Positions 20,865-30,424 of a stretch of DNA of 64,000 nt are shown here, piece after piece. The stretch's first letter is position 1, and each line of letters begins with the position of its first letter. The notes below the pieces were generated by a model, which had not been told where the DNA came from, did not search any database, and saw only the letters and a list, made by a program, of their open reading frames with translations. The position numbers were made by a program, and so were the translations under genes. The DNA lies in assembly GCA_024710525.1 (NCBI GenBank), contig JANJUP010000022.1, forward strand, positions 192,001 through 256,000, read 5' to 3'. Origin of the DNA: Candidatus Rifleibacteriota bacterium. GTDB lineage: Bacteria > Muiribacteriota > Ozemobacteria > Ozemobacterales > Ozemobacteraceae.

Positions 20865-21623
20865 ATGTTTCAAATTCTTAAAGCCAGATTACATCAGGGT
20901 TATCGCACTTTTCCGTTCCCCGAAAAGCAGCCGCCCATGGCCCCCCGCTATGCCGGCCGCCCGAAAATTCTGCCGGGCAGCTGCAAAGGCGACTGTGCCG
21001 CCTGCGTCGGTGTCTGTCCGACCGGCGCTCTGTCACGCGGTGCCGGCAACCGCCCGGTAATCGATCTCGGCCGCTGTATCTTCTGCCGCGCCTGTGAAGA
21101 AGCCTGCGCCGAAAAGCTCATCAGTTTTACCCAGGAATTCTCGATGGCCGCCAATTCAAAAGAGGCGCTCGTCATAGCCGATGAAAAATTCAAACAGGCC
21201 GAAGCAATGGGCAATGAACTGCGCCGCCTGTTCGGCAGATCGCTCAAACTGCGCCAGGTCAGTGCCGGCGGCTGCAACGCCTGCGAAGCCGATACCAACG
21301 TGCTTGGAACCCCGAATTTTGACCTGGCGCGCTTTGGCATTCAGTTTGTCGCTTCGCCAAGACATGCCGACGGCCTGCTGATAACCGGCCCGGTGAGCCA
21401 GAACATGAAGCTCGCCATGCAGAAAACTTACGAAGCGTTGCCTTCGCCGTCAATTGTGATTGCTGTCGGCGCCTGTGCCGTTTCAGGCGGTCTGTTCAAG
21501 GGTAACAGTGAAGTCAATGATGGTGCCGCCGGTATTGTGCCCGTCGACCTTTTTGTGCCTGGTTGCCCGCCGCATCCCTGGACAATTCTCGAAGGTATTT
21601 TACGGTTTATGGGGCGCTTATAA
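20865..21623 (+). CDS. Fused 2x[4Fe-4S] ferredoxin (HycF/NuoI-like) plus NuoB/HycG-like small subunit
   Basis: The N-terminal part has CKGDCAACVGVCP and CIFCRACEEAC ferredoxin motifs. The C-terminal NuoB-like domain keeps the proximal-cluster ligands (GGCNACE, GACAVSGG, PGCPPHP). GAGGTG RBS. Confidence 0.85.
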   Translation: MFQILKARLHQGYRTFPFPEKQPPMAPRYAGRPKILPGSCKGDCAACVGVCPTGALSRGAGNRPVIDLGRCIFCRACEEACAEKLISFTQEFSMAANSKEALVIADEKFKQAEAMGNELRRLFGRSLKLRQVSAGGCNACEADTNVLGTPNFDLARFGIQFVASPRHADGLLITGPVSQNMKLAMQKTYEALPSPSIVIAVGACAVSGGLFKGNSEVNDGAAGIVPVDLFVPGCPPHPWTILEGILRFMGRL

Positions 21624-21682
21624 ATCTGCCAGGCTTGCAAAATGCAAGAAAAGGTTGATAAGATGATGGCAGGAGAATAAAA

Positions 21683-24184
21683 ATGCCGATAAAACCCAAA
21701 AATGCCGCCAAAAAGCGCTATTATTGCCTGAAAATAGCCGTCATTTTTTTGCTTTGTTTCTCTGCACAAACCTTTTCACAGACTATTGATCTTTCTCAGT
21801 TTATCGGGCCGCTGCCGATTCCGATTCCGTCAATGCAGGCCTCAACGACTATTCAGGAAGACTTTTCTGAATCGATGGCCGAGATTCTGCCAAAGGCCGA
21901 AGCTCTGAAAGACGAGGCCGGAAAACTGGCAGAGACGGTTGCAGCTGTTGTCGACATCGATAATCTTCAGTCAGAGCATCAACTGCAGCAAAAGCGTCTG
22001 CAAACCAATCGTGATTCACTCCGCGAAATTATTGAATCCGGAACCTATGGTTTCGAGAACGTCTCTTCTTTGCGAAGCGAAACCAGAGCGCTGATCGATG
22101 CGGTAAGTCGCCATGCCCGATATATTGCTGAAAAACTCGTTAAGGTCGAGAGCCTGAAGCAGACCTGGGCAGCAAAAGAAGCTGGCTGGCAAAACCAGCA
22201 GAATTCTAAAGAAATAAATCTTAATGAGGCACTGCGCAACGTCTTTAAAGAGGCTCTGGTAGTTACAGGCAATGCCCGCAAAAGTCTTGAAGGGGTCGAA
22301 GGCCCGCTGGTGGCCTTTCAGCAGAAAGTTGTCGAACTGCAGCGTCAGTCGCAGCAGCAGCTCGAAGACATCGACAAGCTCATGGCCGAGATGCGCAAGG
22401 ATCTTTTCCGAAAATCGCGGCCAGCCATGTTTACGCCAACCTTCATCCTGCAGTTTGACCGCACCCTCTGGGAAGACTTCTGGATTGGCATTGCCAGTTT
22501 TGAGTTGCCTGACCGCAGGTTTTTTCAGACTTCAGGCTGGATATTCTTTCTGCAGCTGATTCTGATCGGCGGCTTTCTCTATTTCCTGCGCACCTGGAAA
22601 AATCGCAATCTTGAAGCGTTCAAACTCGGTTTTATTATCAATCGCTACTGGTCTACGGCCGTTTTTCTCGGTATTCTTCTGCCTTTGCCACTTTTCGATA
22701 CTGTTCCGAAGCTGTTTAAGCTTTTTTATGCCGGCATTCTAACTGTCACCGCCTCGCGGGTGGTTGGCGGCGTGATCGATCTGCCCTGGCGCCGCCGGCT
22801 TCTCTACATAATTGTCGCTCTTTACCTGACTATTCAGTTCTTTACCTTCATTGCTCTGCCGGCCCCGGCACTTCGCCTCTTCATCGCGATTGTCGGTTTT
22901 GCCGGTGCCCTGTTGTGTTCGTGGCGGGCTCGCGTCAATGAGGCAGAAGGCCGTTCGCTGACTTTTATCATTGGTGTTAAACTCGGTGGAGCCTCGCTTG
23001 CACTTGTCTTTCTGTCTCAGGTCGCCGGTTATGTCGCGTTTGCCAACCATCTTCTCGACGTGACCATCAAAACCGTTTTTCTTGGCGTCATTGCCTGGAT
23101 GATCGACCTGATATTGCGCGGCGTCATCGACTTTATTTTCGATAATGGCCTGGTGCGGCGCTACGAGCTGATTAATCGCCACTACCGTCTTTTTATTGGG
23201 CGTGCCACCATGATCGTCGACTCAGCGGTTGTGTTTGTGGCTTTTGCTGCGATGATATCGGTCTGGGGCTTTTTCGACAGTACTCTGCTTGCGGTTGAGA
23301 GAATTCTTGCCTTCGGGTTTTCTCTGCAGGGTTACCGGATATCGTTTGGCATGTTTATCTGGGCCGTTGTTCTTGTATATGCATCACTCTCCGTCTCGTG
23401 GCTGATTCAGAATATTCTGATCGAAGAGGTTTACCCGCGCCGCAAAGTCGAAAAAGGCGTCGGTATTTCGATCAATCGCCTGATCCATTATGCCTTTGTT
23501 ATCTTCGGCGTTGTTTTTGGGCTTTCTGCAATCGGGATAGACCTTCAGAGTCTGACTGTCGTAATCGGGGCGCTGGGTATCGGTATCGGTTTCGGTCTGC
23601 AGAACATCGTTAACAATTTTGCCAGCGGTCTGATTCTTCTCTTTGAACGGTCGATAAAGGTCGGCGATATCGTTCAGATCAGAGGTGACTGGGGGACAAT
23701 CAAGAACCTCGGTCTGCGCGCCACCGTCGTCGAAACATTCGACCGATCAGAGATGATCGTGCCCAACAGCGATCTTGTCTCTTCGACCGTCACCAACTGG
23801 ACCCTCTCCGACCGTCAGACCCGCCTGATCATAAAAATTGGTGTTGCCTACGGCTCTGATGTTCAGAAAGTCACCCGGATTCTTCTGGGCATTGCCCAGG
23901 AAAACCCCTTTGTCATGAAGTTTCCCGAACCGGCGGTCTTTTTTATGAACTTTGGCAGCAGCTCTCTCGATTTTGAATTGCGTACCTGGGTTGCCGACAT
24001 CGATATCAGGCTTAAAACCATGAACCAGATCAATTATGAGATCGAAAGGCTCTTTCGCGAAAATGGTATCGAAATTCCTTTCCCGCAACAGGATCTTCAT
24101 ATAAAATCCGTAGACGATTCCGTAAAAAACATGCTCAGCGGCACGCAGATCAAACCTGCCGTTGATAAAACAGAGGTAAAATGA
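21683..24184 (+). CDS. MscS-family mechanosensitive channel, MscK/KefA-like, with a large N-terminal periplasmic coiled-coil domain
   Basis: 833 aa. A signal peptide is followed by a Q/E-rich coiled-coil region, then about 11 TM segments and a C-terminal MscS core (GDIVQIRGDWGTIKNLGLRATVVETFDRSEMIVPNSDL). AGGAGA RBS. Confidence 0.8.
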   Translation: MPIKPKNAAKKRYYCLKIAVIFLLCFSAQTFSQTIDLSQFIGPLPIPIPSMQASTTIQEDFSESMAEILPKAEALKDEAGKLAETVAAVVDIDNLQSEHQLQQKRLQTNRDSLREIIESGTYGFENVSSLRSETRALIDAVSRHARYIAEKLVKVESLKQTWAAKEAGWQNQQNSKEINLNEALRNVFKEALVVTGNARKSLEGVEGPLVAFQQKVVELQRQSQQQLEDIDKLMAEMRKDLFRKSRPAMFTPTFILQFDRTLWEDFWIGIASFELPDRRFFQTSGWIFFLQLILIGGFLYFLRTWKNRNLEAFKLGFIINRYWSTAVFLGILLPLPLFDTVPKLFKLFYAGILTVTASRVVGGVIDLPWRRRLLYIIVALYLTIQFFTFIALPAPALRLFIAIVGFAGALLCSWRARVNEAEGRSLTFIIGVKLGGASLALVFLSQVAGYVAFANHLLDVTIKTVFLGVIAWMIDLILRGVIDFIFDNGLVRRYELINRHYRLFIGRATMIVDSAVVFVAFAAMISVWGFFDSTLLAVERILAFGFSLQGYRISFGMFIWAVVLVYASLSVSWLIQNILIEEVYPRRKVEKGVGISINRLIHYAFVIFGVVFGLSAIGIDLQSLTVVIGALGIGIGFGLQNIVNNFASGLILLFERSIKVGDIVQIRGDWGTIKNLGLRATVVETFDRSEMIVPNSDLVSSTVTNWTLSDRQTRLIIKIGVAYGSDVQKVTRILLGIAQENPFVMKFPEPAVFFMNFGSSSLDFELRTWVADIDIRLKTMNQINYEIERLFRENGIEIPFPQQDLHIKSVDDSVKNMLSGTQIKPAVDKTEVK

Positions 24185-25491
24185 TGCTTGAGAGATTCTT
24201 TAACCTGAAAGCCAATGAAACCAACGTCAGAACCGAGATCCTTGCCGGCATTACCACCTTCATGACCATGGCCTATATTCTCGCGGTCAACCCGATGATT
24301 CTCGAAAACGCTGGCATGTCGTTTGCCGGGGTTCTGACCGCTACGGTTCTCGTTGCATCCCTTTCGAGCATTCTCATGGGTCTGGTTGCCAATCTGCCTT
24401 TCGCTCTGGCGCCAGGCATGGGCATCAATGCCTTTTTTACCTTCAGTATGGTAATCGGCATGAAGATTCCATGGCAGACCGCGCTCGGCGCGGTTTTTAT
24501 TTCAGGCCTGATTTTTCTGCTGATGACGGTTTTCCGCCTGCGCGAGGCGATTGTCAGAGCTATTCCGCACTGTGTCAGACTTGGAGTGGCGGCCGGTATC
24601 GGGCTTTTTCTCTGTCTGCTGGCGCTTAAATCGTCGGGCTTTATTGTGGCTGACCCTGCCACGCTCGTTAAGTTTGGCGGGTTTAACGCACAAACTCTGG
24701 TTTTTCTGATCGGCCTGGCGCTCACCATCTTCTTTGAACAGAACAAAATACCGGGCAGTCTGCTGCTCGGCATTGCTTTTACGACTGTTCTTGCCGTCAG
24801 CCACGGCAGAATCTGGCCCGGTCAGATCCTCGTGCAGATCCCGGCGCAGCTTTATTCAACCCCCGATTTTTCGTCGGTATTTCTGCAGCTCGACATTCGC
24901 GGAGCACTGAGCTTTGGCGTCATGGGTGCCGTTTTTACCCTGCTGTTCACCGATATGTTCGACTCAATCTCGACTTTTCTCGGTGTCGCTTCCGTTGCCA
25001 ACATGGTCGACGAAACCGGCGAACCGCGAAACTTCGACAAAGCTCTGCTGGTTGACGCCATTTCGACGACGCTCTCGGGTCTGGTTGGCAGCAGTTCCGG
25101 CACCACTTATGTCGAAAGCGCTGCCGGCGTGGAACAGGGCGGCCGTACCGGTCTGACTGCGGTTGTCTGCGGGCTTCTGTTTCTGCCGTTTCTCTGGCTG
25201 GCCCCGATGCTGCAGATGATACCTGCCTGTGCCATCGCTCCGGCACTGCTGCTGGTCGGTTTTTTTATGCTGCGGGCGATTGCCGGTGTCGACTGGAAAG
25301 ATTATGAAGTCGGGCTTCCGGCCTTTGCGGCACTGATTCTGATTCCGTTCACCTTTTCGATCAGTCAGGGCATCAGCTGGGGTCTGATTCTCTTTCTGCT
25401 GCTGAAAGTCTACAGCGGCAAAATCAGCGAAACCTCACCAATCCTCTGGGTAATAACCTTTTTTGCCGGCATCGCTCTCTATCTTGCCTGA
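24181..25491 (+). CDS. NCS2-family purine permease (AzgA/PbuG-like adenine/guanine/hypoxanthine permease)
   Basis: 436 aa with about 12 TM segments. The N-terminus (NETNVRTEILAGITTFMTMAYILAVNPMIL) is typical of the AzgA subfamily. It is translationally coupled to the upstream MscS-family gene (ATGA overlap). Confidence 0.8.
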   Translation: MMLERFFNLKANETNVRTEILAGITTFMTMAYILAVNPMILENAGMSFAGVLTATVLVASLSSILMGLVANLPFALAPGMGINAFFTFSMVIGMKIPWQTALGAVFISGLIFLLMTVFRLREAIVRAIPHCVRLGVAAGIGLFLCLLALKSSGFIVADPATLVKFGGFNAQTLVFLIGLALTIFFEQNKIPGSLLLGIAFTTVLAVSHGRIWPGQILVQIPAQLYSTPDFSSVFLQLDIRGALSFGVMGAVFTLLFTDMFDSISTFLGVASVANMVDETGEPRNFDKALLVDAISTTLSGLVGSSSGTTYVESAAGVEQGGRTGLTAVVCGLLFLPFLWLAPMLQMIPACAIAPALLLVGFFMLRAIAGVDWKDYEVGLPAFAALILIPFTFSISQGISWGLILFLLLKVYSGKISETSPILWVITFFAGIALYLA

Positions 25492-25518
25492 TGCCAAAAT
25501 TACTGATGCAGTAAAGAA

Positions 25519-26097
25519 TTACTTGCGGCACCAGTAGACGAGCGCCGGCGGAATATTGTTCCAGACCACCGGGCTGGTTTTAACTTCTGAAAAGTGTTTC
25601 TGCAGCTTCTTTCTGAATCTGATGCCCGAAGGCAGCAGCAGACCGTGCAGATAGGCGAAGGTGGTAAAAACCCCGCCTTTTTTGAGGCTGGCGACGGTTT
25701 CGTAAAGTATCTCATCCTGAAGCTCTTCAGGAAACACTGCCCATGGCAACCCGCTGATAACCGCGTCAGCATGCTTTACCCCGTGTTGCCTGAGATATTT
25801 GCGGATCTCTGCAGCCGAATCCTGATAAATGGGCACTTCGGGGACATTCTGGCTGGCGATGCGGTTCATCTGCTCATTCAGTTCGAATCCAAAAAATATC
25901 GTCTTCTCCGGGTCGATCTGTTCAACCACTTTGCGCGTAAAAGCGCCGGTGCCAGAACCAAATTCAACGATCACCCGGGCGCGGTTGAAATTGATCGGCT
26001 GCAGCATGCGTCGCGCCAGTTTCTGCGAACTGGGCGCAATCGCCCCGATTTTTCGGGGTTCTCGACAGAACTGCTTCACAAACTGCCACCGGCTCAT
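25519..26097 (-). CDS. Class I SAM-dependent methyltransferase (small-molecule / phospholipid N-methyltransferase-like family)
   Basis: Contains an IGAIAPSS motif and an EFGSGTG glycine-rich SAM-binding loop. I prefer the ATG at 26097; the track's GTG at 26109 adds 4 aa. Confidence 0.65.
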   Translation of the reverse strand: MSRWQFVKQFCREPRKIGAIAPSSQKLARRMLQPINFNRARVIVEFGSGTGAFTRKVVEQIDPEKTIFFGFELNEQMNRIASQNVPEVPIYQDSAAEIRKYLRQHGVKHADAVISGLPWAVFPEELQDEILYETVASLKKGGVFTTFAYLHGLLLPSGIRFRKKLQKHFSEVKTSPVVWNNIPPALVYWCRK

Positions 26098-26412
26098 ATT
26101 TTCACCCACAGATTGACTTTCAGCTATTATAACTCATCAGTACAAAAATCCCATATTTTTATTTGTTCTGCCGGGCAAATGCCTGCTTGTTTTTTTCTAA
26201 ATGCTGGTTTCGGCAGATCAGGCGATTGCATAAGCGAAGCCTGGTTATTACCATGACGGTATTATGTCGTCTTCCGCTGCCGGAAGGGAAAAGACTCCCG
26301 TTTATCTTGATCCGCCAGCCGGCAGAGTAAAGTATTACTTCGTAAACATTCTTGAACATGCTGATTTTATGTTACTCTCGGTGTACCCCATTGAAGAAAG
26401 GTTCTGTCTGAG

Positions 26413-27711
26413 ATGAAAAAAAGTCTCTGTTTTCTGCTGACCGGGTTTTGGGTTTTTTGCGCTTTTTTGTGCTGTAATAACCAGGCTTTTGCCGGTGGTT
26501 TTCAGATTTATGGCGCCGCCGCCCCTGATGCCATCGCTCTTGGCGCCGCTAATGTGGCACGCGATGATCTTGTTTCGAGCGCCTGGTATAACCCGGCCGC
26601 CGTCATGGACTTTAAAAAACCTGAGTATAATTCGGGCTTTTCGCTGGTTAAGCTCAACTGGAACTACGAGCCCGGTAACGGCCAGAACCGCATCAAAATA
26701 AAAGACAAAACTCAGGTCATACCCGGAACGAACATCGTTTACCCCATAAACAGCCGTTACACTGCCGCATTTTCACTCTATACACCATTCGGACTTGGCA
26801 TGAAATGGAATGACGAAGATGTGCGCCGTCTTGCAGATTCCGGCATTTTCAATGACCCGGCCGGTTCCCCCGCCGGAACACTTCTGACCAGAGCAATCCC
26901 TGCTCAGGCCGATCTGCAGGTGCCTTATCTGAATTCGACCGTTGCCACCAGGCTGAGCGATAAGCTGTCGGTGGCGGCCGGCATCAGCCTGATCAAGGCC
27001 GACATGAAGCTCAGGTTTCATTCAAAGGGAACCCTGCTGCCGAACACCCTTCTGTGGGATAAATTCACCAAATACCAGGCCGATGGTTGGGGAATGGGTT
27101 ACGTTCTCGCTGCCCACTACAATGACGGCAACCACTGGAAATTCGGGGTGAGATACCTTTCTGAAGCAGATGTGAAAATGAAGGGCGCCGTCGAAGATCA
27201 TCCAGAAATTGGAGTGATTGGGGTAAAAGGCACTCTCAAACTGCCTTACACTCTTACCCTCGGCCTGGCCAATTCTTCTGTTGATCGCTGGATCTTCTCT
27301 TTCGACGTTACTAAAACCGGCTGGAACCGCTTTGAAGAGCTAAAAATCGTGCCTCGCGATGCCTGGCAGACCAAAGGTGGCTTTGCCGCCCCCAAAAACT
27401 GGGAAGACTCCCTGACCTGGCGTTTCGGTGCAGAATTTAAACATGACGAGCGCTGGACTTTCAGAGGTGGTTACGCTTATGACAACTCTCCGGTCGGCGA
27501 TGAAACTCGTAATTTTGAACTTCCCGGCACCGACGGTCATATTTTTTCGCTTGGGGCCTCGCGAAAGACGAGAACCTTCGTTTATGACGTCGGCTACAGC
27601 TATATGCTGCTCGAAAAGGGCCGTGCCGGCTCGACTTCTCTCGGCAGCGTCGGCGAATTCACCGGCGCCGACAACCATTTCCTGATGTTCAGCGCTACCC
27701 GCGAGTTTTAA
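26413..27711 (+). CDS. FadL/TodX/OmpP1-family outer-membrane hydrophobic-compound transporter
   Basis: There is a signal peptide. The N-terminal AGGFQIYGAAAPDAIALGAANVARDD segment is characteristic of FadL-family proteins. The C-terminus ends in Phe (...FSATREF), as in beta-barrel proteins. Confidence 0.8.
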   Translation: MKKSLCFLLTGFWVFCAFLCCNNQAFAGGFQIYGAAAPDAIALGAANVARDDLVSSAWYNPAAVMDFKKPEYNSGFSLVKLNWNYEPGNGQNRIKIKDKTQVIPGTNIVYPINSRYTAAFSLYTPFGLGMKWNDEDVRRLADSGIFNDPAGSPAGTLLTRAIPAQADLQVPYLNSTVATRLSDKLSVAAGISLIKADMKLRFHSKGTLLPNTLLWDKFTKYQADGWGMGYVLAAHYNDGNHWKFGVRYLSEADVKMKGAVEDHPEIGVIGVKGTLKLPYTLTLGLANSSVDRWIFSFDVTKTGWNRFEELKIVPRDAWQTKGGFAAPKNWEDSLTWRFGAEFKHDERWTFRGGYAYDNSPVGDETRNFELPGTDGHIFSLGASRKTRTFVYDVGYSYMLLEKGRAGSTSLGSVGEFTGADNHFLMFSATREF

Positions 27712-27752
27712 GCATACATGAGCTGATAAACCGGGTTTTCGAACCAAATATC

Positions 27753-27786
27753 AAAAGGGTCAGGCGATATTGCCTGACCCTTTTTG
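27753..27786. terminator. Bidirectional rho-independent terminator between the convergent fadL-like and kamE genes
   Basis: A 9-bp stem (gggtcaggc / gcctgaccc) with a 6-nt loop, flanked by an A-tract upstream and a T-tract downstream. Confidence 0.6.
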
Positions 27787-27807
27787 AATAGCGAGTTTGC
27801 GGCGCGA

Positions 27808-28596
27808 TTATTTCATTTTGCGTTTGACGAATTCATCGACGAAGAATGAAGCGACGTGCTCGGCATATTTGCCCGGGCCGAAGCCGGCATCGTAACCGAG
27901 TTCTTTGGCCAGATCGTTGGTGATGCGCGGGCCACCGGCAACCAGAACCACTTTGTTGCGCAGATTGGCGGCTTCAAGCAGTTCAACCAGTTCGACCATG
28001 TTGGTGACGTGGACGTCTTTCTGGGTGACGGTCTGCGAGACCAGCAGCACGTCAGCTTTTAGCTCGACCGCTTTTTTGACGAAATCTTCGTTGGTTACCT
28101 GACTGCCGAGATTGTAGGCTTCGATCATCTGGTAGCGCTCGAGCCCGTAGTGGCCGGCGTAACCCTTCATGTTCATGATCGCATCGATGCCGACGGTGTG
28201 AGCGTCGGTGCCGGTGCTGGCGCCAACGACGACGAGCTTGCGTCCGATGTTTTCTTTGATGAATTCATCGACGCCGTGCATGTCCATGATCGTTGAATCG
28301 ATGGTGGCGACCTTGATGCTGGTGATGTCGACCGTGTGAGTCAGGTTGCCATAGACGACGAAGAATGAAAAGTTCTTGTCGAGAGCTTCGTGATGCGAAA
28401 CCTGCACATCTGACAGGCCCATTTTGGCACCGAGCTGGCGGGCCGCTTCGATGGCGCGTTCGTCATCGGCAACCGGCAGGGTGAAGCTGAGCTGCACCTT
28501 GCCGTCGTTCATCGTGTCGCCATAGGGCTTGAGACGGGTCAGATCGAGTTCTTTACTGAAATTCTTCTCTTTGGTTGAATAAAGGCCGCTGCTCAT
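27808..28596 (-). CDS. kamE: Lysine 5,6-aminomutase beta subunit (B12-binding)
   Basis: 262 aa. It carries the DxHxxG cobalamin-binding motif (TDAHTVGID). Its size and its pairing with the alpha subunit fit kamE. The start overlaps the kamD stop (ATGA). Confidence 0.85.
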   Translation of the reverse strand: MSSGLYSTKEKNFSKELDLTRLKPYGDTMNDGKVQLSFTLPVADDERAIEAARQLGAKMGLSDVQVSHHEALDKNFSFFVVYGNLTHTVDITSIKVATIDSTIMDMHGVDEFIKENIGRKLVVVGASTGTDAHTVGIDAIMNMKGYAGHYGLERYQMIEAYNLGSQVTNEDFVKKAVELKADVLLVSQTVTQKDVHVTNMVELVELLEAANLRNKVVLVAGGPRITNDLAKELGYDAGFGPGKYAEHVASFFVDEFVKRKMK

Positions 28597-30152
28597 TTGT
28601 TGCCCCCCTTCAGCATCATGTCAACGAACGGGTTGAAATAGCTGCTCTGCTTTTCGACAACGCCATCGAGCCCCTTGCCACCGGTAAATGGTCGTTTGAC
28701 CCCGGCGAATTTGCCCTGTTCAAGAGTTTTGAACAGACCGTCGCGTCTGATATTTTCAAGCATGTTGCAGGCTTCGTTGAGAACCTGATTGGCGCGGGTG
28801 GTAATAATGCCGTCTTTCTTGAATTCAAGCTCATCGCCGAGATCGGCCATGGTATTGAAAATATAGCGGGCATTTTCTATCGAAAGGGCGCGGTCTGACA
28901 TCAGCGGCGTGTGAATCGCTTCGGTCAGCATGCCGAGCAGATGCAGTTTCTGGTTGGTCAGCACCGTCACCATATTGAACAGCGCATCCTGCACGTGGCC
29001 CCGGAAAATATTGCCGGTCTTGAACTTGGTCGGTGGCATATACTTCAACGGCGCTTTCGGAAAGATTTCTCGTGCCATCTGTGCCTGCGCCAGTTCATAA
29101 ACAAAGCCGTTTTTCAGGTCAGGGTTGATTTCGAACGCATGCCCTAGGCCCATCTGTTCTTCTGGAATGCCGCTGATCAGAGCGAACTGTTCATTGATGA
29201 ACTGCGAGGCCAACACGGTATGCGCCTCTTCGACGGCATCGGCAGTGGTCAGGTAATTGTCTTCGCCGGTATTGATGATTACGCCGGCAAAACCGTTGAT
29301 GATGCGCGAAAAATACTGGTCGACGAGAGTGCGCTGCATGTTGATGTCGCGGAACAGAATGCCATAGAGTGCGTCGTTGAGCATGACATCGAGGCGTTCG
29401 AGAGCGCCCATGGCGGCTATTTCAGGCATGCACAGGCCGGAGCAGTAGTTGCACAGCCTGATGTAGCGACCCTGCTTCTCTGATACCTCGTCAAGGGCGG
29501 CGCGCATCAGCCGGAAGTTTTCCTGGGTGGCAAAGGTGCCGCCAAAGCCTTCGGTAGTGGCGCCAAAAGGCACGAAGTCGAGCAGGCTCTGCCCGGTGGT
29601 TCTGATGACGGCGATGATATCGGCGCCCTGGTTGGCGGCAGCGCGGGCCTGAATGATGTCTTCGTAGATATTGCCGGTGGCAACGATTACGTAGAGATAG
29701 GGGCCTTTTTTGTCGCCGTAGCGGCCAAGGTATTCTTCCCGCTGGCGGCGGTTGCTTCTGATTCTTTCGACAGTCTGGCGGGCGATTTCTTCGATTCTGG
29801 CACGAATTTCAAACATGTCGGCCATTTTGAGCCGGGTGATGTCGAGTTCGCCACTGGCAACCGCTTCAGCGATCTGCTGCGGGGTTTTGCCGGTCTGAAT
29901 CATGGCATTGCCGATATAAGCCGAAAGGCCGAGGCTCAAACCGTTGTTACTGCGAATGTTGTCGACCAGAACGTTTGGCAGAGGTACACCCTGGGCATCG
30001 ACCCCGTCGATACCAAGCAGGCGGGCGACGGTCCGCTCGATTGTCACGCTGGTGTGCTTTTCGATGAACTTCTGGGTGTCGGCCGCGATTTCGCGGGCAT
30101 ACTGTCTGGCTTTGTCGACTATGGCAAAATTGAGATTGAGTTTGCTTTTCAT
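28593..30152 (-). CDS. kamD: Lysine 5,6-aminomutase alpha subunit
   Basis: 519 aa. It is the large PLP/TIM-barrel subunit family, sitting next to the B12-binding beta subunit. It lies in a lysine fermentation cluster with kamA, kdd and kce. Confidence 0.85.
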   Translation of the reverse strand: MKSKLNLNFAIVDKARQYAREIAADTQKFIEKHTSVTIERTVARLLGIDGVDAQGVPLPNVLVDNIRSNNGLSLGLSAYIGNAMIQTGKTPQQIAEAVASGELDITRLKMADMFEIRARIEEIARQTVERIRSNRRQREEYLGRYGDKKGPYLYVIVATGNIYEDIIQARAAANQGADIIAVIRTTGQSLLDFVPFGATTEGFGGTFATQENFRLMRAALDEVSEKQGRYIRLCNYCSGLCMPEIAAMGALERLDVMLNDALYGILFRDINMQRTLVDQYFSRIINGFAGVIINTGEDNYLTTADAVEEAHTVLASQFINEQFALISGIPEEQMGLGHAFEINPDLKNGFVYELAQAQMAREIFPKAPLKYMPPTKFKTGNIFRGHVQDALFNMVTVLTNQKLHLLGMLTEAIHTPLMSDRALSIENARYIFNTMADLGDELEFKKDGIITTRANQVLNEACNMLENIRRDGLFKTLEQGKFAGVKRPFTGGKGLDGVVEKQSSYFNPFVDMMLKGGNK

Positions 30153-30424
30153 CGTCTTCCCTTAACCTTGAAATATTTGCTCAATTATACCGCCGAAACG
30201 TCGTTTCTGCAGTATTTTTTTAGCCTTGCAGGCACCCGGGCACTTCTTACTGCAACTTTTCAGCTTTTTCCAGATGACAAGTTCACCAATATGCCTATAT
30301 ACTCATGGTAGATACAGTAAATAAAGATTCTGGTTTTCGGTCATGCCTGAGAGAGTTTGTTCCCCTGCGTTGTGTTTCACCGCAGATATATGACCACATT
30401 CGGCCTGGTTGGAGAGAAACAGAC

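Noticed and set aside
14201-21623. Annotating this operon as formate hydrogenlyase, hydrogenase-4 or Ech hydrogenase
   Set aside because: The large subunit lacks all four NiFe-ligating cysteines, and no formate dehydrogenase or hyp genes are in the window. It is treated as an Ehr-type complex instead.
26110-26412. 66-aa minus-strand ORF (26159-26359) in the methyltransferase/fadL intergenic region
   Set aside because: It has no RBS and an Arg/Cys-rich composition. The region more likely holds the fadL-like promoter.
30305-30424. Upstream ATG start for the PP2C sensor gene
   Set aside because: It has no Shine-Dalgarno sequence. The ATG at 30425 has GGAGAG at optimal spacing and begins right before the first TM helix.
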